Positions 27,877-38,567 are shown, numbered from the stretch's first letter. The stretch: 64,000 bases of DNA from an uncultured Candidatus Rokubacteria bacterium (GCA_963826115.1 CAWGVS010000006.1:352001-416000); one strand, 5' to 3'. Translations and numbers: made by a program. The notes: a model not told the origin generated them from the letters alone.

Positions 27877-28407
27877 ATGTCCACGCTACGGTCCACGGCG
27901 CTAGTTATTGGGCTACTGGGTGCGCTGGCGGCGGTCGGCTGCCTGGCTCCCACGTGGGCTGCGGCGCAAGTACCGACGATGGTCGCGCCCGGCGGCGCAC
28001 CGCGTGCGGGCAGTGGCCCCATGGAGGTTGAGGGCTTCGTGCGAGCGATCTCAGGGGACGTGCTCGACGCCCGCCTTCCTCCCGGTCGGACCGTGATCGC
28101 CATCGTCGGCATCCGGGCACCCGCCGGCAACACGCCGTGCGGCCAGGCGGCGACCGCGTTCGTGCAGGCGCTCGTCGCCGAGGGCGCGCGGTTCGAGGAA
28201 GAGCCCGGGCTCGCGTTCGATGCTCGTTCGCGCCGGCTCTACAACGTCCTGACGCTCGACGGGCGTTCCGTCGCCGACGAGGTCGTGGCGGCCGGACTGG
28301 CGCGGGCGAACGGCAGCGGGAGCGGCACGAGCCGACTGGTCGATCTGGAGACGGCCGCTCGCGACGCGCGCCGCGGCTGTGTGTGGCAGGCGGGAGGTGC
28401 CCCGTGA
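27877..28407 (+). CDS. Secreted thermonuclease (SNase)-fold protein with degenerate active site
   Basis: Signal peptide; VRAISGDV, IVGIRAP, CGQAATAF, DARSRRLYNV, VADEVVAAGLAR, AARDARRGCVW. Confidence 0.7.
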   Translation: MSTLRSTALVIGLLGALAAVGCLAPTWAAAQVPTMVAPGGAPRAGSGPMEVEGFVRAISGDVLDARLPPGRTVIAIVGIRAPAGNTPCGQAATAFVQALVAEGARFEEEPGLAFDARSRRLYNVLTLDGRSVADEVVAAGLARANGSGSGTSRLVDLETAARDARRGCVWQAGGAP

Positions 28408-31400
28408 CGCGGCACGCCCGGCGCGCCGGCCTCGGAGTCGCCTTGGCCCTGATGGCGTTCGTGTGCCTGGCGGCGGCGTCGACCGAGGCGACGACCTTCC
28501 CGCCCGGGTTCGGCCAGGATGTGATCGCCGGCGGGTTCAACAGCCCGACGGTGTTCGCCTTCTTTCCGGACGGCCGGATCATCGTGGCGGAGAAGCCGGG
28601 CGTCGTGTGGCTCATCAAGAACGGCGTGGTCCAGCCCGTTCCGTTCATCAACGTGAGCGACCGGGTCAACTCCGCCTTCGACCACGGCATCCTCGGTCTC
28701 GCCGTGGACCGGGACTTTCCGGCCCAGCCCTACGTGTACCTCTACTACACGTACGAGAACGATCCGGTCACCTGGGACGGACCGAAGACCGTCCACCTCA
28801 GCCGCGTCACCGTGACGGGGGACACCGCCGACCCGAACAGCGAGGTAGTGATCCTGGGCACGCAGGCAGGGGTGCCCTGTAACCTCCTCGCGGCCGGTTC
28901 GGATTGCATCGCGTCGGACTCGGGCTCCCACTCGGCAGGCAACCTGAAGTTCGCGTCCGACGGGACCATTTTCCTCACGGTCGGTGACGGGGCGGATTTC
29001 AACGTCGTGAATCCCGACGCACTCCGCGCCCAGAACCTGGACCTGCTGAACGGCAAGCTCCTACGCATCACGCGGGACGGGCAGGGGGTCTCGACGAATC
29101 CCTTCTGGACGGGTGATCCCAACGCCAACCGGTCGAAGGTGTGGGCCCTGGGACTCCGGAACGCTTACCGGCTCAATCTCCGACCCGGCTCGGACATCCC
29201 GTACGTGGGAGACGTGGGCTGGGGCAACTGGGAAGAGGTGAGCGCCGCCCCGGCGGGCGCGAACCTCGGCTGGCCCTGCTACGAGGGGTCCGGTCAGCAG
29301 GGGGGCTATGCCCCGGATCCGATCTGCCAGGCGTTCTACGCCGGTCTGCCTCCGCCTGTCCCATCGCTCGCCTCGACGGGGGTCATCATCGCCAAGGTGG
29401 CCGAGTCGGTCGGGGCGGGGGCGTCGGTGAGCGCGATCCGAGACGCGGACAAGCCGCCGGTCGGCACTAACGACCCTACGCGTCAGTACGACAGCTACAA
29501 CGGCGGCAATCCCGCGACCGAGGACTGGATCGGCTACACCTTTGGGGCGTCGCACACTTTCAACCAGGTAGTGTTCCAGGAAGGCATGCACTTCTCGGAC
29601 GGCGGATGGTTCAACACCCTGAACGTGCAGGTACGCCAGGCCGGGACGTGGGTGAACGTCCCCGGGCTGGTGATGTCCCCGGCCTACCCGGGTAACAACG
29701 GAGTCAACTTCGAGACGTTCACGCTGACCTTCACGCCGACCACGGGCGACGGGATCCGGCTCTACGGGGCGCCCGGCGGGTCCGCAGCGTTCATCTCCGT
29801 CGGCGAGCTCGAGGTCTACGAGGTCGACGGGAGCGGCGGTGGCGGTGGCGGCGGTGGCGGTGGCACGCCGGTCGAGACCGGGGTCACGGCCCAGGCTCAG
29901 GCGGCCATCGCCAAGGTGCCCGCGTCGCTGGGAGCCGGCGGGTCTCTCGCCGTGATCCGGGACGGGGACAAGCCGCCGATCGGGACCTACGCCCCACCCC
30001 GCCAGTACGACAGCTACGACGGTGCCAACGCGGCGGCGAACGATTGGGTCGGCTACACGTTTGCGAGCCCGCAGAACTTCGACCGCCTGGTGTTCCAGGA
30101 GGGCATCAACTTCGGGGACGGCGGGTGGTTCAACACGCTGACGGTGCAGGTCCAGCAGAACGGGACGTGGGTGAACGTCCCCGGGCTGGTCATCACCCCG
30201 GCCTACCCGGGTAACAACGGAGTCAACTTCGAGACGTTCACGCTGACCTTCACGCCGACCACGGGCGACGGGATCCGGCTCTACGGGGCGCCCGGCGGGT
30301 CCTCGGCCTTCATCTCCGTCGGCGAGCTCGAGGTGTACGCGCTCGTCACGCCGCCCAGCTCGCCGCCGGGCTCGCCCGGCTCACCCACGCAGCCGTTCAT
30401 CCCGCACCGGCCGCCGGTCTGGGAGTACGCGCACAACGGCCTGTCGGCAGCGGTGACCGCGGGGGCCTTCTATACGGGCACCGCCTATCCGGCCCAGTAC
30501 CAGGGCGCCTACTTCTTCGGTGACTACAGCCTGAGCCTGCTCCGCACGATGCGGGTAGACACCAACGACGCCATGGTGCCGGGCAGTCTGTTCGAGTTCG
30601 CGCAGAGCGCCGACGGACCGGTCGACATCGAGATAGGACCGGACGGCCTGATCTACTACCTGTCGATCAGCGCGGGCGAGCTCCGGCGCATCCGGTACAC
30701 CGCCGGCAACACGCCGCCGGTCGCCGTCGCCTCCGCGACGCCGACCGCCGGTGTGGCGCCGCTGTCCGTGCAGTTCTCCAGCGCCGGGTCGAACGATCCG
30801 GACGGTGATCCGATCACCTACAGCTGGGACTTCGGGGACGGTCTCACCGGGACCGGGCCGTCGCCGCAGCACACGTATCAGCTCCCGAACGGCATCAAGA
30901 CCGCCACGCTCACGGTGCAGGACAACCGGGGTGGCGCCTCGTCGAAGAGCGTGACGATCACCATCGGCAACCTGCCGCCCATCCCGTCGATCGGGACTCC
31001 TGCAGCCTCGTTCCAGTACAAGGTGGGCGACGTCATCGCGTACTCCGGGTCGTCGACGAACTCGCCGGGGGACCCGGTCCCAGGGGCGACCCTGACCTGG
31101 CAGATTCTCCTCCACCACTGCCCCGGGGGGGCGTGCCACACGCACCCTTACTGGTCGAGCACCGGCGCGAGCGGCAGCTTCACGGTCCCAGACCACGGTG
31201 ACGACAGCTACTTCGAGTTCGTGCTGACGGCGACGGACTCTGCTGGGCTGTCGGCCACGGCCGCGCGGGACATCCTGCCGAAGCCCGTCGCGATCACGCT
31301 GGCGACGGCCCCAACGGGCCTTCAGGTGGTGTACGACGGGACGACCGCCACATCGCCGTTCACGAAGACCACGATAGTCGGTTCGACGCACACGATCACG

Positions 31401-32288
31401 GCGCCGATATCCCAGGGGCCGAACACCTTCACATCGTGGTCCGACGGGGGCGCGCCGCAGCACGAGGTGACGCTGGGCACGACGAACGTGACGTACACCG
31501 CCACCTTCTCCGGCGGAGTCACGTGTCCCACCGGTCAGTACAAGGCCGAGTACTTCAACAACGTGAACCTGACCGACACCCCGGTGCTCACCCGCTGCGA
31601 GACGACGATCAACAACAACTGGGGGACCGGCGGCCCCGGGAACGGGGTCCCCAACGACAACTTCTCGGCTCGCTGGACGGGTCGCTTCACCTTCGCGGCC
31701 GGCTCGACCACGTTCACGACCGTGAGCGACGACGGCGTCCGGCTGTGGGTCGACAACGTCCAGCTGATCAACCGCTGGACGGATCATGGGTCCACGACCG
31801 ACACGGCAACGCAGACCATCACGGCGGGCGATCACGACGTCAAGGTGGAGTACTACGAGCGCGGCGGGGGGGCGGTCATCCAGGCTAGCTGGGTCACCAG
31901 CCAATCCTCGTGTCCGGTGGGTCAGTATCGCGCCGAGTACTTCAACAACGTCAACCTGACCGGCACCCCGGTGTTCGCGCGCTGCGAGACGACGATCAAC
32001 AACAATTGGGGGAACGGGGGTCCCGGAAACGGCGTCCCCAACGACAACTTCTCCGTCCGCTGGACGGGGCGATTCACCTTCACCGCTGGACAGAAGACCT
32101 TCACAACCCGGAGCGACGACGGTATCCGGATGTGGGTCGACAACGTGCAGATCATCAACCGCTGGACGGACCATGGCCCCACGAACGATACCGCCACGCG
32201 CGTCATGACCGCGGGGGACCACGACGTGAAGGTGGAGTACTACGAGCGCGGAGGCGGCGCGGTCGCCCAGGCGAGCTGGACGCCCTGA
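28404..32288 (+). CDS. Large secreted multidomain protein: GSDH/YliI-type sugar-dehydrogenase propeller with 2 inserted discoidin/CBM-like domains, PKD, Ig-like domain and 2 PA14 domains
   Basis: GTGA overlap; signal peptide; F.PDGRI.VAEK.G, GILGLAVD, GLRNAYR, GDVGW..WEE, PVDIEIGPDG.IYY; PKD motif YSWDFGDG; PA14 motifs NFSARWTG...SDDGVRL...VEYYE twice. Confidence 0.85.
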   Translation: MTRHARRAGLGVALALMAFVCLAAASTEATTFPPGFGQDVIAGGFNSPTVFAFFPDGRIIVAEKPGVVWLIKNGVVQPVPFINVSDRVNSAFDHGILGLAVDRDFPAQPYVYLYYTYENDPVTWDGPKTVHLSRVTVTGDTADPNSEVVILGTQAGVPCNLLAAGSDCIASDSGSHSAGNLKFASDGTIFLTVGDGADFNVVNPDALRAQNLDLLNGKLLRITRDGQGVSTNPFWTGDPNANRSKVWALGLRNAYRLNLRPGSDIPYVGDVGWGNWEEVSAAPAGANLGWPCYEGSGQQGGYAPDPICQAFYAGLPPPVPSLASTGVIIAKVAESVGAGASVSAIRDADKPPVGTNDPTRQYDSYNGGNPATEDWIGYTFGASHTFNQVVFQEGMHFSDGGWFNTLNVQVRQAGTWVNVPGLVMSPAYPGNNGVNFETFTLTFTPTTGDGIRLYGAPGGSAAFISVGELEVYEVDGSGGGGGGGGGGTPVETGVTAQAQAAIAKVPASLGAGGSLAVIRDGDKPPIGTYAPPRQYDSYDGANAAANDWVGYTFASPQNFDRLVFQEGINFGDGGWFNTLTVQVQQNGTWVNVPGLVITPAYPGNNGVNFETFTLTFTPTTGDGIRLYGAPGGSSAFISVGELEVYALVTPPSSPPGSPGSPTQPFIPHRPPVWEYAHNGLSAAVTAGAFYTGTAYPAQYQGAYFFGDYSLSLLRTMRVDTNDAMVPGSLFEFAQSADGPVDIEIGPDGLIYYLSISAGELRRIRYTAGNTPPVAVASATPTAGVAPLSVQFSSAGSNDPDGDPITYSWDFGDGLTGTGPSPQHTYQLPNGIKTATLTVQDNRGGASSKSVTITIGNLPPIPSIGTPAASFQYKVGDVIAYSGSSTNSPGDPVPGATLTWQILLHHCPGGACHTHPYWSSTGASGSFTVPDHGDDSYFEFVLTATDSAGLSATAARDILPKPVAITLATAPTGLQVVYDGTTATSPFTKTTIVGSTHTITAPISQGPNTFTSWSDGGAPQHEVTLGTTNVTYTATFSGGVTCPTGQYKAEYFNNVNLTDTPVLTRCETTINNNWGTGGPGNGVPNDNFSARWTGRFTFAAGSTTFTTVSDDGVRLWVDNVQLINRWTDHGSTTDTATQTITAGDHDVKVEYYERGGGAVIQASWVTSQSSCPVGQYRAEYFNNVNLTGTPVFARCETTINNNWGNGGPGNGVPNDNFSVRWTGRFTFTAGQKTFTTRSDDGIRMWVDNVQIINRWTDHGPTNDTATRVMTAGDHDVKVEYYERGGGAVAQASWTP
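29385..30341 (+). repeat. Intragenic tandem domain duplication (519-bp period) with a Gly10 linker and a 107-bp identical block
   Basis: Units at about 29385-29822 and 29904-30341; 29677-29783 is identical to 30196-30302; ten GGC/GGT codons at 29835-29864. Confidence 0.85.
31524..32285 (+). repeat. Tandem PA14 domain duplication (387-bp period)
   Basis: CPTGQYKAEYFNN at 31524 and CPVGQYRAEYFNN at 31911; the peptide is highly similar throughout. Confidence 0.85.
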
Positions 32289-32432
32289 CGCGCGGTCCTC
32301 TCGCGCCGTTCGCTCGATCGCTCCCGTCCCGCCCGGTCCGTTCGCGCGTCCGGTAGGCTGCCGGAGTGGACCGGTCGGGCCAAAGCTCGCGTCGCCCGAG
32401 CTTCACCGGCCCCGGCAGGGGAAGCCCGAGCA

Positions 32433-33638
32433 GTGAATGCGCCCGTTCGCCATGGCGTGGTGTTGGCGAGCGGGCCCGGCGCCGCCGTCCCGGTTGCGGG
32501 CGTCCCGCTCGCCGTGCGAGCGCTCGTGGCGCTTCGCGAGGCCGGGTTCACCGACCTCGTGCTGGTTGCCGCGGGGACGCCTCGCTGGGCTGCCGAGCCG
32601 CTCGCGCGCCGCGGGATACGGGTTCGGTGGGTGGAGCCCAGTGCGCTCGAGACGCCCGCCGCCCGGGACTTCGAGGGCGGAACCATCTGCGCCCTGACCG
32701 GCGACACGCTGATCGATGCCGACGCGGCGGCGGCCCTCCGGGAGGCCCCGACGGGACCTGTGTGGGCGGGCGGCCGGCCCGTCGGCGTGGTGTGCGAGGG
32801 CCGAGATGCCGCAGCGTGCCTAGGTCGACCCGATCTCTGGGCCTGCCTTCCGGGCCGCGGCACCCGGCTCGAGTCCGGCCTCGCGGTGCCGCTCGCGGCC
32901 GCAGGGAGTTCCCGCCGCCTGGAGCAGGTCCTCCTCGAGCGCCTCGTGGGCCGGCCGACCGGGGACAGTTACCTGGCGGTCATGATCGATCGCCCCCTGT
33001 CCCGGCCCCTGACGCGCTTCCTCCTCCGGATGCCGCTCACGCCGTCCCACGTGACGCTGCTCGGGATCGTGGTCGGGCTCCTGGGCGCGGCGGGGCTCGC
33101 GACGGTCTCCTACTGGGGCCGGCTCTGCGGCATCCTCCTCCTGGTGCTCTCGATCGTGCTCGACTGCGTGGACGGCGACATGGCGCGGGCACGGCTCGCG
33201 CAGCATCCGGCGGGCGCCCGGCTGGACGTGACGGGTGACTACCTGGTGCACCTCGCCGTCTTCGCGGGCCTGTCGGTCGGCCTCCTGCGCGAGGGATTGC
33301 CCCCGTACGGGGTCTGGGCCGCCCTGGCCCTGCTCGCCGGCGTCGGCGCCGCGATGCTCGCCGTTCACGTCCTGTTCATCGGGCCCGCGCTCGAGCGTGG
33401 CGGCGATCTCCACTGGACGGGCGACGCCACGAGCCTGCGCGGCCGGCCCGGAGCGTCAATCGTGGAGAAGCTGGCGAGCCGCGACTACACGTACCTCCTG
33501 CTCGTGCTGGCCGCGATTGGCCACCTCGAGTGGTTCCTCTACGCCGCCGCCGGCGGGGCCTGGCTGTTCACGGGAGCCCTCGTCGCGTACCGGTTTCTGG
33601 CGATGCCGGCGGCGCCGCGACGGATCACGCCCGAGTGA
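32433..33638 (+). CDS. CDP-alcohol phosphatidyltransferase with degenerate N-terminal NTP-transferase-like domain
   Basis: DCVDGDMARAR...GARLDVTGD (DxxDGxxAR..GxxxDxxxD); N-terminal GVVLASG...VAGVPL..R.L..L..AG. Confidence 0.82.
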   Translation: MNAPVRHGVVLASGPGAAVPVAGVPLAVRALVALREAGFTDLVLVAAGTPRWAAEPLARRGIRVRWVEPSALETPAARDFEGGTICALTGDTLIDADAAAALREAPTGPVWAGGRPVGVVCEGRDAAACLGRPDLWACLPGRGTRLESGLAVPLAAAGSSRRLEQVLLERLVGRPTGDSYLAVMIDRPLSRPLTRFLLRMPLTPSHVTLLGIVVGLLGAAGLATVSYWGRLCGILLLVLSIVLDCVDGDMARARLAQHPAGARLDVTGDYLVHLAVFAGLSVGLLREGLPPYGVWAALALLAGVGAAMLAVHVLFIGPALERGGDLHWTGDATSLRGRPGASIVEKLASRDYTYLLLVLAAIGHLEWFLYAAAGGAWLFTGALVAYRFLAMPAAPRRITPE

Positions 33639-34684
33639 CGACGCTCCGGCGCCGCGGTCTCGAGCTCGGGTGTCTCGCGCTCGGGGTGACGGTCCTGGCC
33701 GGTACGCTCTGGACCATCGGTGCGGACACGCTCGTTCGCGATCTTCGCACCCTGGGCTGGTCCCTGGCCGCGATCCTCTTGATCGAGAGCGCGAGCGTGG
33801 CTCTGAACACCGTGGGCTGGGCGGCCGCCTTTCCGGCCGGCGAGCGGACGGTCGGCGCGCTCCGGCTGTTCGGAGCCCGCTTGGCCGGGGATAGCATCAA
33901 CTACCTCACGCCGTCCGCCTCCGTCGGGGGCGAGCTTCTCCGGGTCCGGCTGCTCGGGCCCGGCGTCGCCCCGGGCGTCCGGTGGGCGTCCGTGAGCGCG
34001 GCCAAGGTCGGCCAGTCGCTCGCCCAGGCCGTATTCATCCTGCTGGGGATCGCCGTGACGCTGCCCGGCGTGGCCGCGGCGCGCGGCTGGCTCGGCGGGC
34101 CGCCCCTCGCGCTCGCCGTCGGGACGCTGGCGGCGGCCGCGGCTTTCGTGCCCGCGATCGCGTTCGTCTGGGCGGTCGATCGCGGGTTCTGGACGACGAC
34201 CCACGGTCTGCTCCACCGATGCCGTCTCGCGCGGATCGTGCCGGCGGGGTGGACCGGAGCTGGGCGCGACCTCGACGCTGCGCTGGCCCGGCTCGGCCGG
34301 TGGCGCGCGGCCGCCGTCCTCGCGTGCTTCGTCGCGGGCTGGACCGTCGGGGCGGCGGAGATCTACATCATCCTGCGCTCGATCGGCAGCGCCGTGAGCT
34401 GGCGCACGGCGCTGGCGCTCGAGACGGGCGCCGTGCTCCTCGATGGTATTCTCTTCTTCGTGCCGGCCAAGGTCGGGACGCAGGAGGGAGGCAAGGTCGT
34501 GCTGTTCGCGGCCCTCGGCCTCGACCCGGCGCGCGGCCTCACGGTCGGGATCGTCCGCCGGATCCGGGAGCTCGTCTACACGGGCGTCGGTCTGCTCGCG
34601 CTTGGCGGGCTGAGCGTGCGTTCGGCCACGGGCCCGGTTCCGCAGGCGGTCCCCGTCGCCGCCGACGAGCACGGGCATGTCTGA
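33635..34684 (+). CDS. Lysylphosphatidylglycerol-synthase TM/flippase-like membrane protein (HpnL-like)
   Basis: GTGA overlap; RLAGDSINYLTPSASVGGE, FFVPAKVGTQEGG, IVRRIRELV; adjacent to hpnJ. Confidence 0.72.
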   Translation: MTTLRRRGLELGCLALGVTVLAGTLWTIGADTLVRDLRTLGWSLAAILLIESASVALNTVGWAAAFPAGERTVGALRLFGARLAGDSINYLTPSASVGGELLRVRLLGPGVAPGVRWASVSAAKVGQSLAQAVFILLGIAVTLPGVAAARGWLGGPPLALAVGTLAAAAAFVPAIAFVWAVDRGFWTTTHGLLHRCRLARIVPAGWTGAGRDLDAALARLGRWRAAAVLACFVAGWTVGAAEIYIILRSIGSAVSWRTALALETGAVLLDGILFFVPAKVGTQEGGKVVLFAALGLDPARGLTVGIVRRIRELVYTGVGLLALGGLSVRSATGPVPQAVPVAADEHGHV

Positions 34685-36155
34685 GGGAGCGGTGGCGCGG
34701 CGCACCCTGTTCCTGCACCCGCCCTCGTTCGAGGGCTTCGACGGTGGCGCAGGGTCCCGCTACCAGGCGCGCCGCGAGATCCGCTCGTTCTGGTACCCCA
34801 CCTGGCTGGCCCAGCCTGCCGCGCTCGTCCCCGGAAGCCGCCTGGTCGACGCCCCACCCGACGGCCTGACTCTCGAGCAGGTGGCCCCGCTCGCCCGCGA
34901 GTACGACCACGTGGTGATGCACACGAGCACGCCCTCCTTCGGCAGCGACGCGCGCGTGGCCGAGCGCCTGAAGGAGGAGCATCCGGGTGTCCTGGTCGGG
35001 ATGGTCGGAGCCCACGTCGCCGTCCTTCCGGAGGCGTCGCTTCGCGTGGCGCGTGCGGTCGACTGGGTCGGCGTGGGCGAGTTTGACCATGCCTGCGCGG
35101 AGATCGCCGCCGGCCGGCCGCTCGGGGACGTGCGGGGCATCGCCTATCGCCACGGCGACCGGATCCGGTTCACGCCGCCTCGTCCGCCGATCGAAGACAT
35201 GGACGCGCTGCCGTCCGTGGTGGACGTGTACCGGCGCGACCTGACGATCGAGCACTACTTCATCGGTTACCTGCTCCACCCGTACGTGTCGCTCTACACG
35301 GGACGCGGGTGCCGCTCCAAGTGCACGTTCTGCCTGTGGCCGCAAACCGTGGGCGGTCACCGCTACCGCGTGCGGAGCCCGGAGAGCGTCGAGGCCGAGA
35401 TGGCGCTGGCCAAGCGCTATTTCCCCCAGGTGCGCGAGTTCTTCTTCGACGACGACACGTTCACGGACGACCTGCCGCGGGCCGAGGAGATCGCGCGCCG
35501 GCTGGGCCGCCTCGGGCTCACGTGGTCGTGCAACGCGAAGGCGAACGTCCCGCGCCGGACGCTGGAGGTCCTCCGTGACAACGGGCTCCGGCTCCTCCTG
35601 GTGGGCTACGAGTCGGGGGACCAGCGGATCCTGAACAACATCAAGAAGGGCGTGCGCCTCGACGTGGCGCGGGAGTTCACGCGGCACGCCCGGGACCTCG
35701 GCATCGCGATCCACGGGACCTTCGTCCTGGGGCTGCCGGGAGAGACGCCGGAGACGATCCGGGAGACGATCCGCTACGCGTGCCAGATCGAGCCCGACAC
35801 CATCCAGGTCTCGCTGGCGGCGCCGTACCCCGGGACCGCGCTCTACCGGCAGGCGCAGGAGCAGGGGTGGCTCTCGCCGACGGCGGGGGACCTCGTGAAC
35901 CCGGACGGCGTGCAGGTCGCCGCGCTCGCCTACCCGGGGCTTGCGCAGTCGGAGATCTTCGACTCGGTCGAGGCGTTTTATCGCCGCTTCTACTTCCGGC
36001 CGCGGAAGATCGTCGCGATGGCCGGCGGCATGCTGCGGGACCCGTCCCTCATGCGGCGACGGCTCCGCGAGGGCGTCGAGTTCTTCCGGTTCCTCCGTGA
36101 CCGCCGCGCGTCCCCGCCGAAGGTCCGGCCGGCGGCCGCGGGCCGGGCGGGTTGA
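34677..36155 (+). CDS. hpnJ: Hopanoid biosynthesis-associated radical SAM protein HpnJ
   Basis: Diagnostic N-terminus TLFLHPPSFEGFDGGAGSRYQARREIRSFWYPTWLAQPAALV; CxxxCxxC (GRGCRSKCTFCLWPQT); FFDDDTFT; FYFRPRK. Confidence 0.88.
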   Translation: MSEGAVARRTLFLHPPSFEGFDGGAGSRYQARREIRSFWYPTWLAQPAALVPGSRLVDAPPDGLTLEQVAPLAREYDHVVMHTSTPSFGSDARVAERLKEEHPGVLVGMVGAHVAVLPEASLRVARAVDWVGVGEFDHACAEIAAGRPLGDVRGIAYRHGDRIRFTPPRPPIEDMDALPSVVDVYRRDLTIEHYFIGYLLHPYVSLYTGRGCRSKCTFCLWPQTVGGHRYRVRSPESVEAEMALAKRYFPQVREFFFDDDTFTDDLPRAEEIARRLGRLGLTWSCNAKANVPRRTLEVLRDNGLRLLLVGYESGDQRILNNIKKGVRLDVAREFTRHARDLGIAIHGTFVLGLPGETPETIRETIRYACQIEPDTIQVSLAAPYPGTALYRQAQEQGWLSPTAGDLVNPDGVQVAALAYPGLAQSEIFDSVEAFYRRFYFRPRKIVAMAGGMLRDPSLMRRRLREGVEFFRFLRDRRASPPKVRPAAAGRAG

Positions 36156-36166
36156 TCGGCGTCCCG

Positions 36167-36553
36167 ATGCGCGCGCTCTTCGTGTGCCGCGGCAACGTCT
36201 GCCGGAGCCGGGTGGCCGAGCAGATCTTCCAGGTCCTGACCTGGAGTGTGGGAGACCGGGGCGATCACGAGGCGCGCTCGGCCGGCGTCGATCCGGACTC
36301 GGGCGGCCGCCTGATCACGAAGCGGGACGTGGCGTGGGCCGACGTGATCTGCGTCATGGAGCCGGAGCACGAGGCCTACATCCGGAAGCACTGGCCGGAG
36401 CACGCGCCGAAGGTCCGCGTGCTCGGGATCCCCGACGTCTACGAGCCGGACGACGCCGACCTCCGGGACCGCCTCACCGAGGTGGTGCGAGGCCTCCTGG
36501 CCGAAGCCCAGCGCGGCTCCACCGGCGAGCCGCGGACCTCGCGGGGGCGCTGA
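36167..36553 (+). CDS. Low-molecular-weight protein-tyrosine phosphatase-like protein
   Basis: LFVCRGNVCRS P-loop, ARSAG, WADVI.VME, LGIPDVY. Confidence 0.82.
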   Translation: MRALFVCRGNVCRSRVAEQIFQVLTWSVGDRGDHEARSAGVDPDSGGRLITKRDVAWADVICVMEPEHEAYIRKHWPEHAPKVRVLGIPDVYEPDDADLRDRLTEVVRGLLAEAQRGSTGEPRTSRGR

Positions 36554-36571
36554 CCGGGCCGCGGGGGCCGG

Positions 36572-37003
36572 TCAGACCCGCCGCCGGCCGCTGTCCCGGA
36601 AACGAACGGCGGCCCGCACCGCGGCGACCAGCTCGTCGAGGTTGAACGGCTTGACGAGGTAGTAGAAGATTCCGGCCGCGCGAGCGGCCTGCTCCACCTC
36701 GTAGGACGCGTGCCCCGTCATGACGATGATCGGGAGTGACTCGTCGAAGCGCTTCACCACGGCGATCGCGTCCAGGCCGCCGAGTCCCGGGAGCTTCAGG
36801 TCCAGGATCAGCGCCCGGTAGCTGATTTTCATGATGCGCTGGATGGCGTCCACCGCGCGATCGGCGGTGTCCACCTCGAACACCTCCTGGGACAGCACCT
36901 CGACGATCGTGTCGCGCATGCGCGGGTCGTCGTCGCAGACCAGGACCCGCTCGCGCTCCGCCGCCGCCGGCCCCTGGGCCGAGGTCGCGCTCTCGTGGCT
37001 CAC
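36572..37003 (-). CDS. Single-domain response regulator (CheY-like receiver)
   Basis: VLVCDDD, LILDLKLPG, MTG, VKPF. GTG at 37003 follows GGAGG. Confidence 0.85.
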   Translation of the reverse strand: MSHESATSAQGPAAAERERVLVCDDDPRMRDTIVEVLSQEVFEVDTADRAVDAIQRIMKISYRALILDLKLPGLGGLDAIAVVKRFDESLPIIVMTGHASYEVEQAARAAGIFYYLVKPFNLDELVAAVRAAVRFRDSGRRRV

Positions 37004-37025
37004 TTTCGCCTCCGCGCGCTCGGGC

Positions 37026-38453
<1,428 letters not shown>

Positions 38454-38567
38454 GTTTGATGGAAAAAGGCTACGGAATTTCTCCCGGTTCCACTATCCAG
38501 AGTGGAGGGGAGGCTGTCAAGGCATTTCCCGAATGGCTACGCGGACTGGGAGCACGAGACCTGCGGG

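Noticed and set aside
28137-28407. Frameshifted SNase-GSDH fusion (pseudogene)
   Set aside because: The downstream gene has its own GGAGG RBS, GTG start and signal peptide, so it is a normal GTGA-coupled pair.
29835-29864. GGC/GGT tandem repeat as a phase-variation tract
   Set aside because: In-frame mixed codons encoding a Gly10 linker; slippage would not shift the frame.
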